Source of the DNA: Octopus sinensis
Taxonomy: Eukaryota
Assembly: GCF_006345805.1 (NCBI RefSeq)
Contig: NC_043009.1
Location: 9,982,001-10,046,000 of the forward strand
Length of the DNA: 64,000 nt
Direction: 5' to 3'
The notes under the pieces were generated by a model. The model had not been told where the DNA came from. It searched no databases and worked only from the letters and a program-made list of their open reading frames with translations. The number at the start of each line of letters is the position of its first letter. The stretch's first letter is position 1. Positions 26,302-38,625 of this stretch are shown piece by piece. Position numbers and translations under genes: made by a program.

Positions 26302-26491
26302 AGGCGCAGGAGTGGCTGTGTGGTAAGTAGCTTGCTTACCAACCTCATGGTTCCGGGTGCAGTCCCACTGCGTGGCACCTTGGGCAAGTGTTTTCTACTA
26401 TAGTCTCGGGCTGACCAAAGCCTTCTGAGTGGATTTGGTAGACGGAAACTGAAAGAAGCCTGTCGTATATATGTATATATATATATATATT

Positions 26492-26534
<43 letters not shown>

Positions 26535-26735
26535 TTGTGTGTGTGTGTTCGTCACCCCAACATTGCTTGACAACTGATGCTGGTGCGTTTACATCACCGT
26601 AACTTAGTGGTTCGGTAAAAAAGACTGATAGAATAAGTACTATGCTTACAAAGAATAAGTCCTGGGGTCGATTTGCTTGACTAAAGGTGGTGCTCCAGCA
26701 TGGCCACAGTCAAATGACTGAAACAAATAAAAGAG
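26302..26735 (+). mobile_element. SINE family A copy
   Basis: Full-length match to family A. Confidence 0.87.
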
Positions 26736-27167
26736 TAAGTGTCTTTTCCTAAAATGTAGATCTTGTATTCCTAAAATGTCCGATGGTAATGAGAGCAGAT
26801 CTGAGTTATTGGAAGCTTCTAGTCAGAACTCTACACATGAGTGATGCAGAGTATGGTTGTTTAAAGATTGGAATCTAGTGGAAGCTGTCAGTCGGAAACT
26901 TCTATGTGACTGAGCAATCCTATCTAGTTGTTTGCCCCAGGCAAGAAAGAGCCCAGAGAAGGCAGCCTAAAATTCACCCACACAGCTTTGTTCTAGGAGA
27001 GGAAACTGGAGCTGTCACAATTTCTTTACAGTGCTTGAAATAAGATTAAACAAGTCATATCATACAGGCTGGTCACATGGGATGCTTGGATATTGCTTGA
27101 GAAGCCAGAATCAGTATCAAGCAGTTCTCAGCCAGTGAGCTGTGGTTCTACAGTGTAGATATTGTAG

Positions 27168-27395
27168 GTGAGCTGGCAGAATCGTTAGCACGCCGGGCAA
27201 AGTGCTTAGCGGTATTTCGTCTGCCATTATGTTCTGAGTTCAAATTCCTCCGAGGTGGACTTTGCCTTTCATCGCTTCGGGGTCGATAAATTAAGTACCA
27301 GTTACGCACCGGGGTTGATGTAATCGACTTAATCCCATTGTCTGTCCTTGTTTGTTCCCTCTATGTTTAACCCCTTATGGGCAATAAAGAAATAA
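27168..27395 (+). mobile_element. tRNA-derived SINE family B monomer (MetaSINE-like central domain); other monomers at 8969, 21056, 25502, 51797, 63718
   Basis: GAGTTCAAATTCC B box, GACTTTGCCTTTCATC...GGGGTCGATAAATTAAGTACCAG domain, and 11-bp TSD AGATATTGTAG (27157-27167 / 27396-27406). Confidence 0.85.
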
Positions 27396-27669
27396 AGATA
27401 TTGTAGCGCTCAGTAAGAGACCGGATTACTTCCCAACCATTTTGATTCCAACTCATCTGAGATTACTCCTGAGTTTATGATCAAAACTTCATTTGAAATT
27501 GATTTAAATTAGGATCTTTTATAAAAATAAGTTTCAAACATTAGCTTCATAATGACACTGTGCTAAGTTGTTCATCATTTTCCAAATCAGTTGAATCAAA
27601 GACAGTTGTTCTTCAACAGAAATATAATAACAAATAGGTTAAAGAGATTACGTAAGGCTCCTGCGAGGT

Positions 27670-27830
27670 GGCCATTAACTAATACAGCATCAGTTTTGCT
27701 GTGTGAAATAGTCTGCTGCTGAAATCGACCGAGACACCAGTTGGCATTAATGTTTAATGACACTTCACATTCCCCTTGCAGAGAACTACTACATCATTTT
27801 ACCAAGCTTCCCTGCACCAACTCTGCCGAC
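27670..27830 (+). mobile_element. Degenerate RTE/BovB-type LINE endonuclease fragment
   Basis: Translates, with a frameshift, to TETPVGIN..LMTLHIPLAENYYIILPSFPAPTL, resembling the APE-domain RLMTLR...AYAPT segment. Confidence 0.45.
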
Positions 27831-28508
27831 TGATACATCTGGCAGTTAGAATGAAGACTGTGTCTGCTATTAAACACTAGATCAGGTGCTGACTAAAAGA
27901 CACAAACAATGGCTTTCTATTTTAGCAGTGATGACCGCCACGTATCTGTTTTTTGCATAAATTTCAATTCTATTAAATTAACAGCAGTGATTGCAAATTG
28001 GTTGCTTTAATAAATTCCAAGAATTCTAGATTGTTCTGCTTCCTTCATAGGGGTCAGTCTAATTTCAAGATATCCTAAATCTGCACTCTACCTTCACAGA
28101 TGGTCCTTATCAAAGGAATTTTGAATTAGAACCTCTTATCGTAATACCCTTAACCACATTCATCAGTTAAATGTTTCAGCTGTTTTATTTTCTTTTGCTT
28201 TGCATGTATATTTTGCATATATAAGGCAAACTTTATCACCGATATTAAATTTACAATTTTCGTAGCTTCTTGCTTTCTTTCTTTTTTTTTTTTTTTTACA
28301 CTTATATTTAGAAAATCTTGAAATGATAACATAGATGATAAACTAAAAACATTTAATTTCTTAAAAGCAAAAATGTAGTTTGTGGGATTAAGCATGGCAG
28401 CTGGTTTGGAAAAATAAAAAATAATAAGGAATCCCTAAGGAGTTAGCATATTGAAGTAGGGGGTATTTCATGAATTCAGTCCAGATAATTACTAAGGCAC
28501 ATGCTGTT

Positions 28509-29100
28509 TAATAATAATAATAATGAAATTATTGTATACAGTGCTCAGGTGCACCACAACTTGTCAAAAAGTGCATATAAAGCATATGCAGTAATGTACA
28601 AATGTCTGGAAAGTGAACAGTGTATGAGTCAGATACATGCTTGTGTGTGTATGGAGGGGAGAAAATCAGGTGTATCATTGGTGAATCTCAGGAAGCATGG
28701 AAGTTTTGAAGGATGCAGTGCTCCGACAACTAACAACTGATGCCGGTAGTTTGTTCCATGCTTCAGCAACTCTTAGAGTGAAAAAATGTTTCCGAAAGTC
28801 ATGGGAGCTGTGCTGTTTTCTGACTTTGTAAACATGTCCACGGGTGTTAGACAGGTGGAGTTTGAAAAGGTGCTCAGAATTATTGTTAGTAAGATGGTTA
28901 ATAATTTTATGGGTGTCTGCCAAGTCAGCTGCCAGACGTCAGAGTTTCAATGTATCCATGCCCAGGGAAGTAAGGCATTCAGAATATGGCAAATGCCTGA
29001 TGGAGGGTATTCTCTTGGTTGCACGTCACTGAACAGTTTCCAGACAATTAATATCCTGGGCAAGATAGGGGTTCCAGACCGGTGATGCAAATTCCAGGTG
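28509..29100 (-). mobile_element. CR1-clade LINE 3' fragment (ORF2 C-terminus, dead)
   Basis: EFASPVWNPY...VQ*RATK...TRGHVYKVRKQ...RKHFFTLRVAEAWNKLPASVV motifs and (ATT)n tail. Confidence 0.85.
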
Positions 29101-30491
29101 AGGTTTCAGCTCTAAAGAATAAGAACAACCTTGTGGTGGTGCATGCATGTGTGTGTGTACGTGTGCTTGTGTCTGTGAGGAATTTCACTGACCTAATCCT
29201 CTTCAATTTGGAATGAAATCTATAATGCGAAAAAAAAAGTCCCTTAAAATAGTAATGTATTAGTTCTTTTGCATTCAGATTACTCTGTTGAATGTAATAC
29301 TTATTTATTAACATTGTTTTAAATTTACTCTGCATTAGCTCATAGCTTTGAAGGTTTGATGATGTGATCATTTTTAGAATGACATTATAGGATAGATGTC
29401 AGAGGCTGGATCTAGCTGGATTGAACATTAAAATAGGTAGAATAATTGGACCAGACTCTGTCCAGTGTAAATGCTAAAAGGTTAATGACACAAGAATAGG
29501 GTGTGCTTGCTATTAGCAGTTTGGCAAGAAGAGACTGATAAAATAAATACCAGACGTAAAAGAAAAACAAAAAAAAAAACTATAAGTAAGGATGATTTAT
29601 TTGACAATAAGTCTCTCCGGGTGGCCCTCCACCATGACAGCAATTTCCAATTTGAAAAGAATCCCTGTCTAAATCGAGAAATTGTCAGTCAGAGAAGCTT
29701 TATGAAAAAAAATATAGGTGCAGGTGTGGCTTTGTGATAAGAAGCTTGCTTCCTGACCACATGGTTCTGGGTTCAGTTCCACTGTGTGGCACCTTGGGTA
29801 AGTGTCTTCTATTATAGCCTTGGGCTAACCAAAGTCCTGCGAGTGGATTTGGTAGACAGAAACTGAAAGAAGCCCTTCGTACAAATATATATATATATAT
29901 ATCTGTGTGTGTGTGTTTGTCCCCCACCATCGCTTGACAACCAATGTTTGTGTCCCTGTAACTTAGCAGTTTAACAGAATAAGTACTAGGCTTTAAAAAA
30001 AATGTCCTGGGCTTGATTTGTTCAACTAAAACCCTTCAAGGCAGTGCTCCAGCATGGCCACAGTCAACTGACTGAAACAAAAGATGAGAGAGATATATAT
30101 GATAGTGAAATGGCCCTAAACACCACCTCACTCCCATTCAGCGATGGTGTAATATAAGCTACCCTGAATAAGTTCTCTGAAATGTGCTTAAATGGCAGTC
30201 AAGCATTTTCATAGATATTGCATTTACATAAATGTGAAATAGCTACGAACAGTAACGTGAGTATGTGTAGCACTGGGTACATTCACTCTTACTCTAAGGT
30301 CAACCAATACTAGACAAAACAAAGATGAAAAAAAAAAGAAAAACAAATAGTCCAGCTCTAAACAGCTTTTATGTGTCAATAAGGAAGCCTTTACATGGCG
30401 GGTTGACTTGCTAGAAATAGTAGTTAAATATCTGAAATCAGTCTAATGTTGAAAAAAAAAAGGAGAATGGAGGGCATATTGAATAATGTCA

Positions 30492-30855
30492 TCTCTATAT
30501 ATATAAATGGCAAAATGTCTGTATGTGTCTCCTTTATACAAATCCACAATTTTTCAGTTAGAGCGCTCGCACTTTCTATGGTCATTCAAAACCGTCCAAA
30601 GGTGGTCGTGCACATCTTTACATTTCCCCAGTCACCCCACAAAGCCATTAAAAAATCAATAGAAGTGACTTTTTTGTGAATTTTCTATCCAAAACCCAAT
30701 CAAAATGCGCGAAACTTGATACGCCAATTGAATGCCAGCTAGCTGTATGTGATTGGTCGGAGATTTGAACAGTACTTGCGTGTATGTGTACACGCATGCA
30801 GCTATATATGCATGCACTAGCACTATGACATGGTGTTGCTGGGTCATAGTGCTAG
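30492..30855 (+). mobile_element. Non-autonomous Helitron copy
   Basis: A|TCTCTATATATATAAA...GGGTCATAGTGCTAG|T. Confidence 0.85.
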
Positions 30856-31129
30856 TCAGTAATAAAACAAGTGGTGATGGTCTTTGTGAGTAATTATTTA
30901 GTATAATTAATTAAAAAATAGAATAAACTGATTTACTGTGAGGAATAAAATAGTTTGGGCAGAAACTCTGGAAGTGTGTTTATTTGGCACCATTCGAAAT
31001 CATCTCTCTTTGAAGAAAGAGGTTTGCCTGAAATGCTAGACTTTTCTTCTTCCTCATAGCAAATCATTTCATTCTGTATTTGAACTGTTCATAGTCTGAG
31101 ATAAACTACATTTGAAGAGACTGAATATC

Positions 31130-32270
31130 TTTGATCTCAGGTCAGTTAGACCTGGGCTGAGCTGGGTTAAACATCTTTTGTGTATTTTTGATCTGGGCTG
31201 AGTTGGACTAAACATCCTTTAAATAATTTTGATTCCAGGTCAGTTTGACATGAAATCAAAAATATCTTTAATATATTTTTTATATATCTTTTATATATTT
31301 CAATCCTGGTCAGATTGTAATACCTTTGATATTTACCTGGGTTAAACATCTTTTATACACTTTTTGCGGGTCAGCTTGACCTTAGGTCAAAATCATCTGA
31401 GGAATTACATCCGTGTTTCATGGTCTGCTACCACAGCAGCTCCTTTATAGGATCCAGTTAGCTCAAGACATCATCAGGAGGAACCACGTCCGGTTTCGGC
31501 CCCTACTCCTCTACCGTTTTGACATGGCGGGGCCCCCCTTTCGGAGTTGTCTTCAGCTCTGGTGTTGGGTGCATGTCTTCTTTCTTCTGTTCCCTGGCCT
31601 CTTCGATGTATCGTCAGCGAGATCCTTTATATATTTCAATCCTGATCAGATTGTAATACCTTTGATATTTACCTGGGTTAAACATCTTTTATACATTTTT
31701 TGCAGGTCAGCTTGACCTGAGCTCAAGATCATGTTTTATATTTGCTCTGGAATGAGTTAGGCTAAAGAACATCTTTTATATATTTTTGATATATGATCAA
31801 TTTGACCTTTTGATTCCTGGTCAGATAAATATACTTTTTATGTTTGATCTGGGGTAAACATCTTTTATACACTTTTTGCAGGTCAGCTTGACCTGAGATC
31901 AAAATCATCTTTTATATTTGATCTGGGGTAAATATCTTTTATACACTTTTTGCAGGTCAGCTTGACCTGAGGTCAAAATCATCTTTTATATTTGATCTGG
32001 GGTAAACATCTTTTATACACTTTTTGCAGGTCAGCTTGACCTGAGATCAAAATCATCTTTTATATATGATATGGAATGAGCTGGGCTAAACATCTTTATA
32101 TAGCTTTGATCTTAGGTCACCTTGACCAAGGATGAACTGGGACTAAGCAGTATCTTATGTATACTTAATCATAGCTCAACTTGACCAGGATTGAGCTAGG
32201 GTTAAAGCTCTGTATATGACCCTAGGTCAGTTTGATGAGTGCTGATTGGGGTATGACTAACATCTGTTAT
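31130..32270. repeat. 74-bp tandem array (36-38-bp subunits) containing AGGTCA-nnn-TGACCT palindromes
   Basis: Unit GATCTGGGGTAAACATCTTTTATACACTTTTTGCAGGTCAGCTTGACCTGAGATCAAAATCATCTTTTATATTT. Period 74 between 31880, 31954 and 32028, with diverged units on both sides. Confidence 0.9.
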
Positions 32271-32370
32271 ATATCTGTTTATATTTAGTAATATTGATAG
32301 AAATGAAATGAATTTGTTCACAATTTCTATTTTAGTAAAAGGTGTTTTTGTTTTATTTTTAAAGGATAAA

Positions 32371-32437
32371 ATGGAAGTAGTAAAAGACAAGTTGATGGAA
32401 GTCCAAGAATTCTACAACTGGACACTTTCATTTTCTG
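32371..32437 (+). CDS. elovl4: Elovl4-like elongase, N-terminal coding exon (MEVVKDKLMEVQEFYNWTLSFS-D); exon begins at 32365
   Basis: Acceptor ttttatttttaaag| at 32364, ATG at 32371, EFYxWT motif typical of the ELOVL4 N-terminus, and phase-1 donor G|gtaagt at 32437/8 matching the next exon. Confidence 0.9.
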
Positions 32438-32603
32438 GTAAGTTACAAAAATGTAAAAGTTATTTCTGAAAAAAAAAAAATGCTTCTTGTTATTTGTAAA
32501 TGTTTGAATCAGTTTTCTCATCTACATCTCACCTTCAATTTGCATGTGTGTGTTTACATCTATGTCTGTTTATCTGTCTACACACACACACACACACACA
32601 TAT

Positions 32604-33480
32604 GGTTGAATCAAAAGTGTTTTCATATTTCAAGCTTTAATTAATAGTCCAAACAAATTACATGTGAAATTACATTCATCAAGGTGTGTCTCATCATATT
32701 CTATTGTCTGTTGCCATTGTTGTACCAGAAACTCAATTCCATGCTTATACCTATTTCTTTACTGCCCACAAGGGGCTACACACAGAGAGGACAAACAAGG
32801 ACAGATAAACGGATTAAGTCGATTACATCGACCCCAGTGCGTAACCAGTGCTTAATTTATCGACCCCGAAAGGATGAAAAGCAAAGTCGACCTCGGCGGA
32901 ATTTGAACTCAGAACATAACAGCAGACAAAATACCTATTTCTTTACTACCCACAAGGGGCTAAACACAGAGAGGAAAAATAAGGATAGACAAACGGATTA
33001 AGTCGGTTACATCGACCCCAGTGCATAACTGGTACTTAATTAATCTGCCCCGAAAGGATGAAAGGCAAAGTCGACCTCAGCGGAATTTGAACTCAGAACG
33101 TAATGGCAGGCGAAATACCGCGAAGCATTTTGCCCGGCGTGCTAACGATTCTGCCAGCTTGCCGCAATTCCATGCTTATACCATTTATCTAGTTTAGAGG
33201 CAAAAGTTTCCTTGCACCTGTTTTTAACCTCATCCACATTATTGAACCCCTGTCTGGACAGGAAAATGAGCCAAGGCTTGGAAAAAGTGATAACCTGACA
33301 GTGCAAATCTGAATTGTAGGCAGGGTGATGCAGCACTTGCAGCCCCTTAAGTTCCTGAAATTTGTAATTGGTCACATTAGCAGTGTGACCAAGTGTGCAT
33401 CTCTGATTGACCAATGCTGGGTAGCTGGCTTTCAAAGCGTCATGCACTCATTGTAGTTGTTGAACATAAAAGTTAGTATT
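32604..33480 (-). pseudogene. Old mariner transposase C-terminal remnant, split by the SINE B dimer
   Basis: VLHHPAYNSDL (YSPDL-like)...FASKLDKWYKHGI continues after the TSD as EFLVQQWQQTIEYD. TIR-like GGTTGAATCAAAAGT at about 32604. Confidence 0.7.
32752..33164 (-). mobile_element. SINE family B dimer inserted in an old mariner
   Basis: Head plus two body units, with 18-bp TSD CAATTCCATGCTTATACC (32734-32751 / 33165-33182). Confidence 0.9.
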
Positions 33481-33584
33481 CACAGCAGGAATACTAACTC
33501 AAAGTGCAACACCCCATCGCGGCTTCGGTTGCATGTATTAATAAAAAATAACAACTAATTAATAATGTATTCACCCTTATTGTT

Positions 33585-34730
33585 CACCCGACTTCAATTT
33601 GAAAAATTGATCCAACCAAGCGCTCAATTCTGCATCAGTATTGAAAGAAACTCCGCACATAGCATTTGAGAGAGATCGCAAGAGGTGGAAATCCATTGGT
33701 GCCAAATCAGGAGAGTACGGCAGGTGTGGCAGCACTTCCCAACCATGCGTTTCAATGGCTTCCTTGATCATATTGGTGATATGAGGTTGGGTGTTGTCGT
33801 GCAGCAGAAGAAATCCATGCTGCCGATTAGGTCTTTTCTCTTGAATAGCCGTGTTGAGTCGTTCCATCTGTTGAACATAGAGTTCCGCGTTGATCGTTTG
33901 GTTCCATTCAAGCAATTCGTAATGGATAATCCCTCCCCAGTCCCACCATATGCACAGCATCTTTTTATGCAGATGATCTTGTTTCACACGCGATGTCGCT
34001 TGTTTACTGGGGCTAAGCCATTCCTTACGCTGCTTCATATTGATGTACAAGCACCATTTTTCATCGCCACTAACGATTCGGTAATGACTTCGTTGCTTGT
34101 GTCCATGAGTTGAGCGGTGATGAGCAAGCAAACCAGTGGAGATTGTAGCTTGTTGATTTTTGTTGTTGTCACTTAAAGCATGCGGAACCCATGCTCCAGA
34201 ACCTTTCCCATCGAGTGAAGATGCATCTCTATAGCAGTGTGGGAGCATTTCATTTTCTCTTCCAGTTCCCTTGTCGTTTGATGAGAATTTTCATGCAAAA
34301 GTTGGTTTAATTGCTCTTCATCAAACTCAACAAGACGGCCAGAATGATGTGTGTCTTTGAGGTCAAAATTTCCATTTTTGAACTTGGCATATCAATCACG
34401 AGTGGTTCTTTCAGCTACGGCACCCTGTCCATATACAGCACAAATGTCCCGAGCAGCTTGTGCGGCCTTAGAACCTTGATTAAAAGCAAAGAGAAGGTGA
34501 TGACAATGCTCGTTTTTCTTAACTTTACATTCCATTTTAATGATCTGAATATAAGCAAAAAGTAACTAAAATTAACTAAAAAACAAAACAAAAAAAAAAA
34601 ACAAAAAACAAAATAGGTTCCAAATGATTCAAAAATAGAATTCTCATAAAAAATAGATTCCAAAATTTAAAAACGCAATAAATTCCAAAATTTAAAAATA
34701 AACGGCGGGAACTTAGTTGCCAACCGAATA
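33585..34730 (-). pseudogene. Mariner (DD34D) transposon with a dead transposase, 3'-truncated
   Basis: WVPHAL, SGDEKW, HDN and YSPDLAPMDF motifs. N-terminal HTH starts at ATG 34535 with an in-frame stop and a frameshift. 5' TIR TATTCGGTTGGCAACTAAGTTCCCGCC at 34704-34730. Confidence 0.93.
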
Positions 34731-34977
34731 TATATCAATAAAGGTAGTGTACATTAATTAATTTGCTTTTCTCCATCTGGATGAAGCGTGATCATGTCTG
34801 CTGTAATATGTATGGAAATTATTTAATATTTTGTTTTGTTTTTCAGCTTATACCATTTATGTGTGTATATGTGCATGTAAAAATGTATGTATATATGTAT
34901 ATATCTGTCTGTCTGTCTAGTTTATATTGTACTTTGATTTTTTATACATTTCTTTCTATTTCTTTCTGTGCTTTTAG

Positions 34978-35165
34978 ATCCAAGAGTTGCTGATTGGCCC
35001 TTAATGGATGGAGTCTCAAATACCCTTGCATTATCAGGACTCTATCTTTTGATTGTCTGGTGTGGTCCTATGTACATGCACAAACGAAAGCCATTTGTTT
35101 TAAAATGGCCCCTATTCATCTATAACATTGTACTAATTGCATTGAACTTGCATATATGTATTGAG
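34978..35165 (+). CDS. elovl4: Elovl4-like exon, 188 bp (DPRVADWPLM...LNLHICIE)
   Basis: Polypyrimidine tract plus ttttag| acceptor, D-x-R-V-x-x-W-P-L-M elongase motif, GAG|gtaaat donor. Confidence 0.96.
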
Positions 35166-35214
35166 GTAAATGTTAACGAATCATTATTTTTAATTTGATT
35201 TTTCTGTTCTTGTT

Positions 35215-35438
35215 ACTCTCTTCACTCTTTTTACTCTTTTACTTGTTTCAGTCATTTGACTGCGGCCATGCTGGAGCACTGCCTTTAATCGAGCAACTCG
35301 ACCCCGGGACTTATTCTTTTGCAAGCCCAGTACTTATTCTATCGGTCTCTTTTGCCGAACCGCTAAGTAACGGGGACATAAACACACCAGCATAGGTTGT
35401 CAAGCAATGCTAGGGAGACAGACACACAAACACACAAA

Positions 35439-35474
<36 letters not shown>

Positions 35475-35648
35475 CATATATATACGACAGGCTTCATTCA
35501 GTTTCCGTCTACCAAATCCACTCACAAGGCTTTGGTCGGCCCGAGGCTATAGTAGAAGACACTTGCCCAAGGTGCCATGCAGTGGGACCGAACCCGGAAC
35601 CATGTGGTTGGTAAGCAAGCTACTTACCACACAGCCATTCCCGCACCT
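35215..35648 (-). mobile_element. SINE family A copy, about 50 bp downstream of the 188-bp exon
   Basis: Full-length reverse-complement match. Confidence 0.87.
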
Positions 35649-37517
35649 ATTACTGTATTATTATATAGTATAACTTGCGCCTGTTACTGTATGATTACAT
35701 AGTATAACTTGTAGTTACCTTGTGCATGAAACCAAAAGCAGGGCAGTGTAATTACTCGTCTTTGTCTGTGTGTTTGCGAAATTACTGGAAAATGGCCGAA
35801 TGGATTTTCACCAAATTTGGCAAAAATACTCATTGGGTGAATGACTTGAAATGGTGAAAATTTGGATTGATTATCTTTAAACATACATAAATACACACAT
35901 AGATATGTAATTCTGTGTTTGTCTGTGTGTGCATGTATGTATGAGTGTATGTGTACAGTGATGAACTTGAGCGGTTTCATTTATTTACAAGGTGATTTCT
36001 TAATTTTACCAGAGTATAAATACCTGTAAAGGTGATACTTAAAAATAAAATTAAAAGATCAAAAAAAAATATCAATTTTACAAATTTCCTGATAAGCAAA
36101 TGGTCATATTTACTCTCTTTACTCTTTTACTTGTTTCAGTCATTTGACTGCGGCCATGCTGGAGCACTGCCTTTAGTCGTGCAAATCGACCCCAAGACTT
36201 ATTCTTTGTAAGCCTAATACTTATTCTATCAGTCTGTTTTGCTGAACTGCTAAGTTACGGGGATATAAACACACCAGTATTTGTTGTCAAGCGATGTTGG
36301 GGGAGACAAACACAGACACACAAACATATACACACACCTACATATATATATAACGGGAAGCTTTATGAAAATAGACAAAAGACGAAGGCAGGTTTACGGA
36401 AATAAACAAAAGACGAAGGCAGGTGGAATACAAACAAACAATTGTATATATATATATACGACGGGCTTCTTTCAGTTTCCGTCTACCAAATCCACTCACA
36501 AGGCTTTGGTTGGCCTGAGGCTATCGTAGAAGACACTTACCTTAGGTGCCATGCAGTGGGAATGAACCCAGAACCATGTGGATGGTAAGCAAGCTACTTG
36601 CCACACAGCCACTCCTGTTTATATCCTGCAATGAACTATAGTATGTTTGATTCACCTGCCGTCATTGAAAACACTTCTCAAATTCTATGCAATATTTTCT
36701 ATAAGTATTTCATTTTGTTCATTTTCTTTTTCATTATCATGATTATTATTTGAATAATCATTTATTTAGTAATATGCAAATTTTACTCATATGCAAATTG
36801 TATGTTGAACTTTCCTAAACAACCTTTGATTTTCTTTGTCAACTTCCTATTAAACTATCTTTTCATTTCTTTGACGATATATCCTTTAACTTCAATCTTG
36901 TTTTGGGATAATTATTAATATTTATATTTTAACTTGGTCACATGCAATGAAAACATTTAGCTGTAGGCAGGATATGCTTTGTTCCTCTGATGTCTTTTCT
37001 TTCCATTGTGCATGTTTTTTTGTGTGCTGTACGTCTATAGTTGTATGTTTTGAACATATCAAATATTAGGCATTAATTGTTCTCTGTTACATGTAGCATA
37101 TTTTATATGATATCAAGTGCAGATATTAGCTGGTTCAATTCTTCTGTGTGGCACCTTGGATAAGTGGATTTTACTCTAATCCTGGGCCACCCAAAGCCTT
37201 GTGGGTGTATTGGAAACTGAAAAGAAAACCTCTTTGTGTGTTTGTGTGTATTTATAAGCACCCAAAAAGCAGTGGTGGTGATGGTGTCATATAAAAATCA
37301 CTGGTACTGGTGCCATGTACAAAACAAACAGTACACTCTGTAAAGTGGTTTGCATTAGGAAGGGCATCCAGCTGTAAGAACCAAACCCAGATTATGGAGC
37401 CTGGTGTGGTTTTTGGTCTTCCCAGCTTCTGTCAAGCTGTCCAAATCATGCCAGCATGGAAAACAGATGTTAAATGATGATAAAATGTATATGTATATAT
37501 ATATATATATATATGTA

Positions 37518-37897
37518 CACTTGCGTCAGAAATTAATTAGCACTTCTCAAATTTCTACATTAAATAGGTTAAATCAATTAACCTATGAGCTGTTCAAAAC
37601 GTCTTACGCGATGAGAAAACTTAGTATGGTGTGATTTCGGTCCTTGCGAGGCGCTACCTATATCTATTAAACAAAGGAAGATTTGTCTGCATCCGCACTC
37701 CAAGTTGTTGTTGCACTGCTATGTCAACATCATAAGGCTGTAGACTCTCAAACTGCTCTGCAAACAAAGTTACGTCATCGTTCTGCGCAACAGTGAACTC
37801 GCAACAAAGCAATAGTTCGAGATATGGCCACTAGGTGACAGCACATACCTTGAGTGAAGAGCAAATCAAGGGTGCTAATTAATTTCTGACGGTAGTG
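37518..37897. mobile_element. Tc1/mariner MITE
   Basis: About 26-bp TIRs CACT..CGTCAGAAATTAATTAGCAC / GTGCTAATTAATTTCTGACGGTAGTG, flanked by TA. Confidence 0.88.
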
Positions 37898-38320
37898 TAT
37901 GTGTAAAAAAATACAAACTGGGACAGGAACGCAAAACATTTAGAAGACGATACAAAAAACATGGACGGGACATTCGAAGTCTTCAATCTTCAGTCAAGAA
38001 TCGGATCTATAAAAGTTAAAAAACATAATATATATAAGCACAAACAAATTGAAAACATAGAAGGTTGCCAAATCCTCAGCAGTTATTGGACAAAGGTTCT
38101 CAGCAATTTTACACCTTTAATGCTAATACCAAGACAGACAGATATAATATTTAAGCATATAGATATATGTTTAAATATTATATGTCTGTCTGTCTGTCTG
38201 TTGAATAACTGATGAGGATTTGGTGAACTTCTATGTCTGTTTGTTTGTGCTTATATATTTTATGTGTTTTTTAACTTATATATATATGTATGTATATACA
38301 GAGAGTATACTTTTCCTGTA

Positions 38321-38625
38321 GTGAAGGTGCATGGCTCAGTGGTTAGAGCGTTGGGCTCACAATCATGAGATAGTGAGTTCAATTCCTGGACCGGGCTGTT
38401 TGTTATGTTCTTGAGCAAGACACTTTATTTTACATTGCTCCTGTTCACTCTGCTGTAGAAATGAGTTGCAACATCACTGGTGCCAAGCTGCATCGGCCCC
38501 TTTGCCTTTCCCTTGGATAACACTGGTGGCGTGGAGAGGGGAGACTGGTATGCATGGGTGACTGCTGGTCTTCCATAAACAACCTTACCTGGACGTGTGT
38601 CGCAGAGGGGAACTTTCATGACTGA
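38321..38625 (+). mobile_element. SINE family C copy
   Basis: Colinear with 6853-7170. Confidence 0.85.
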
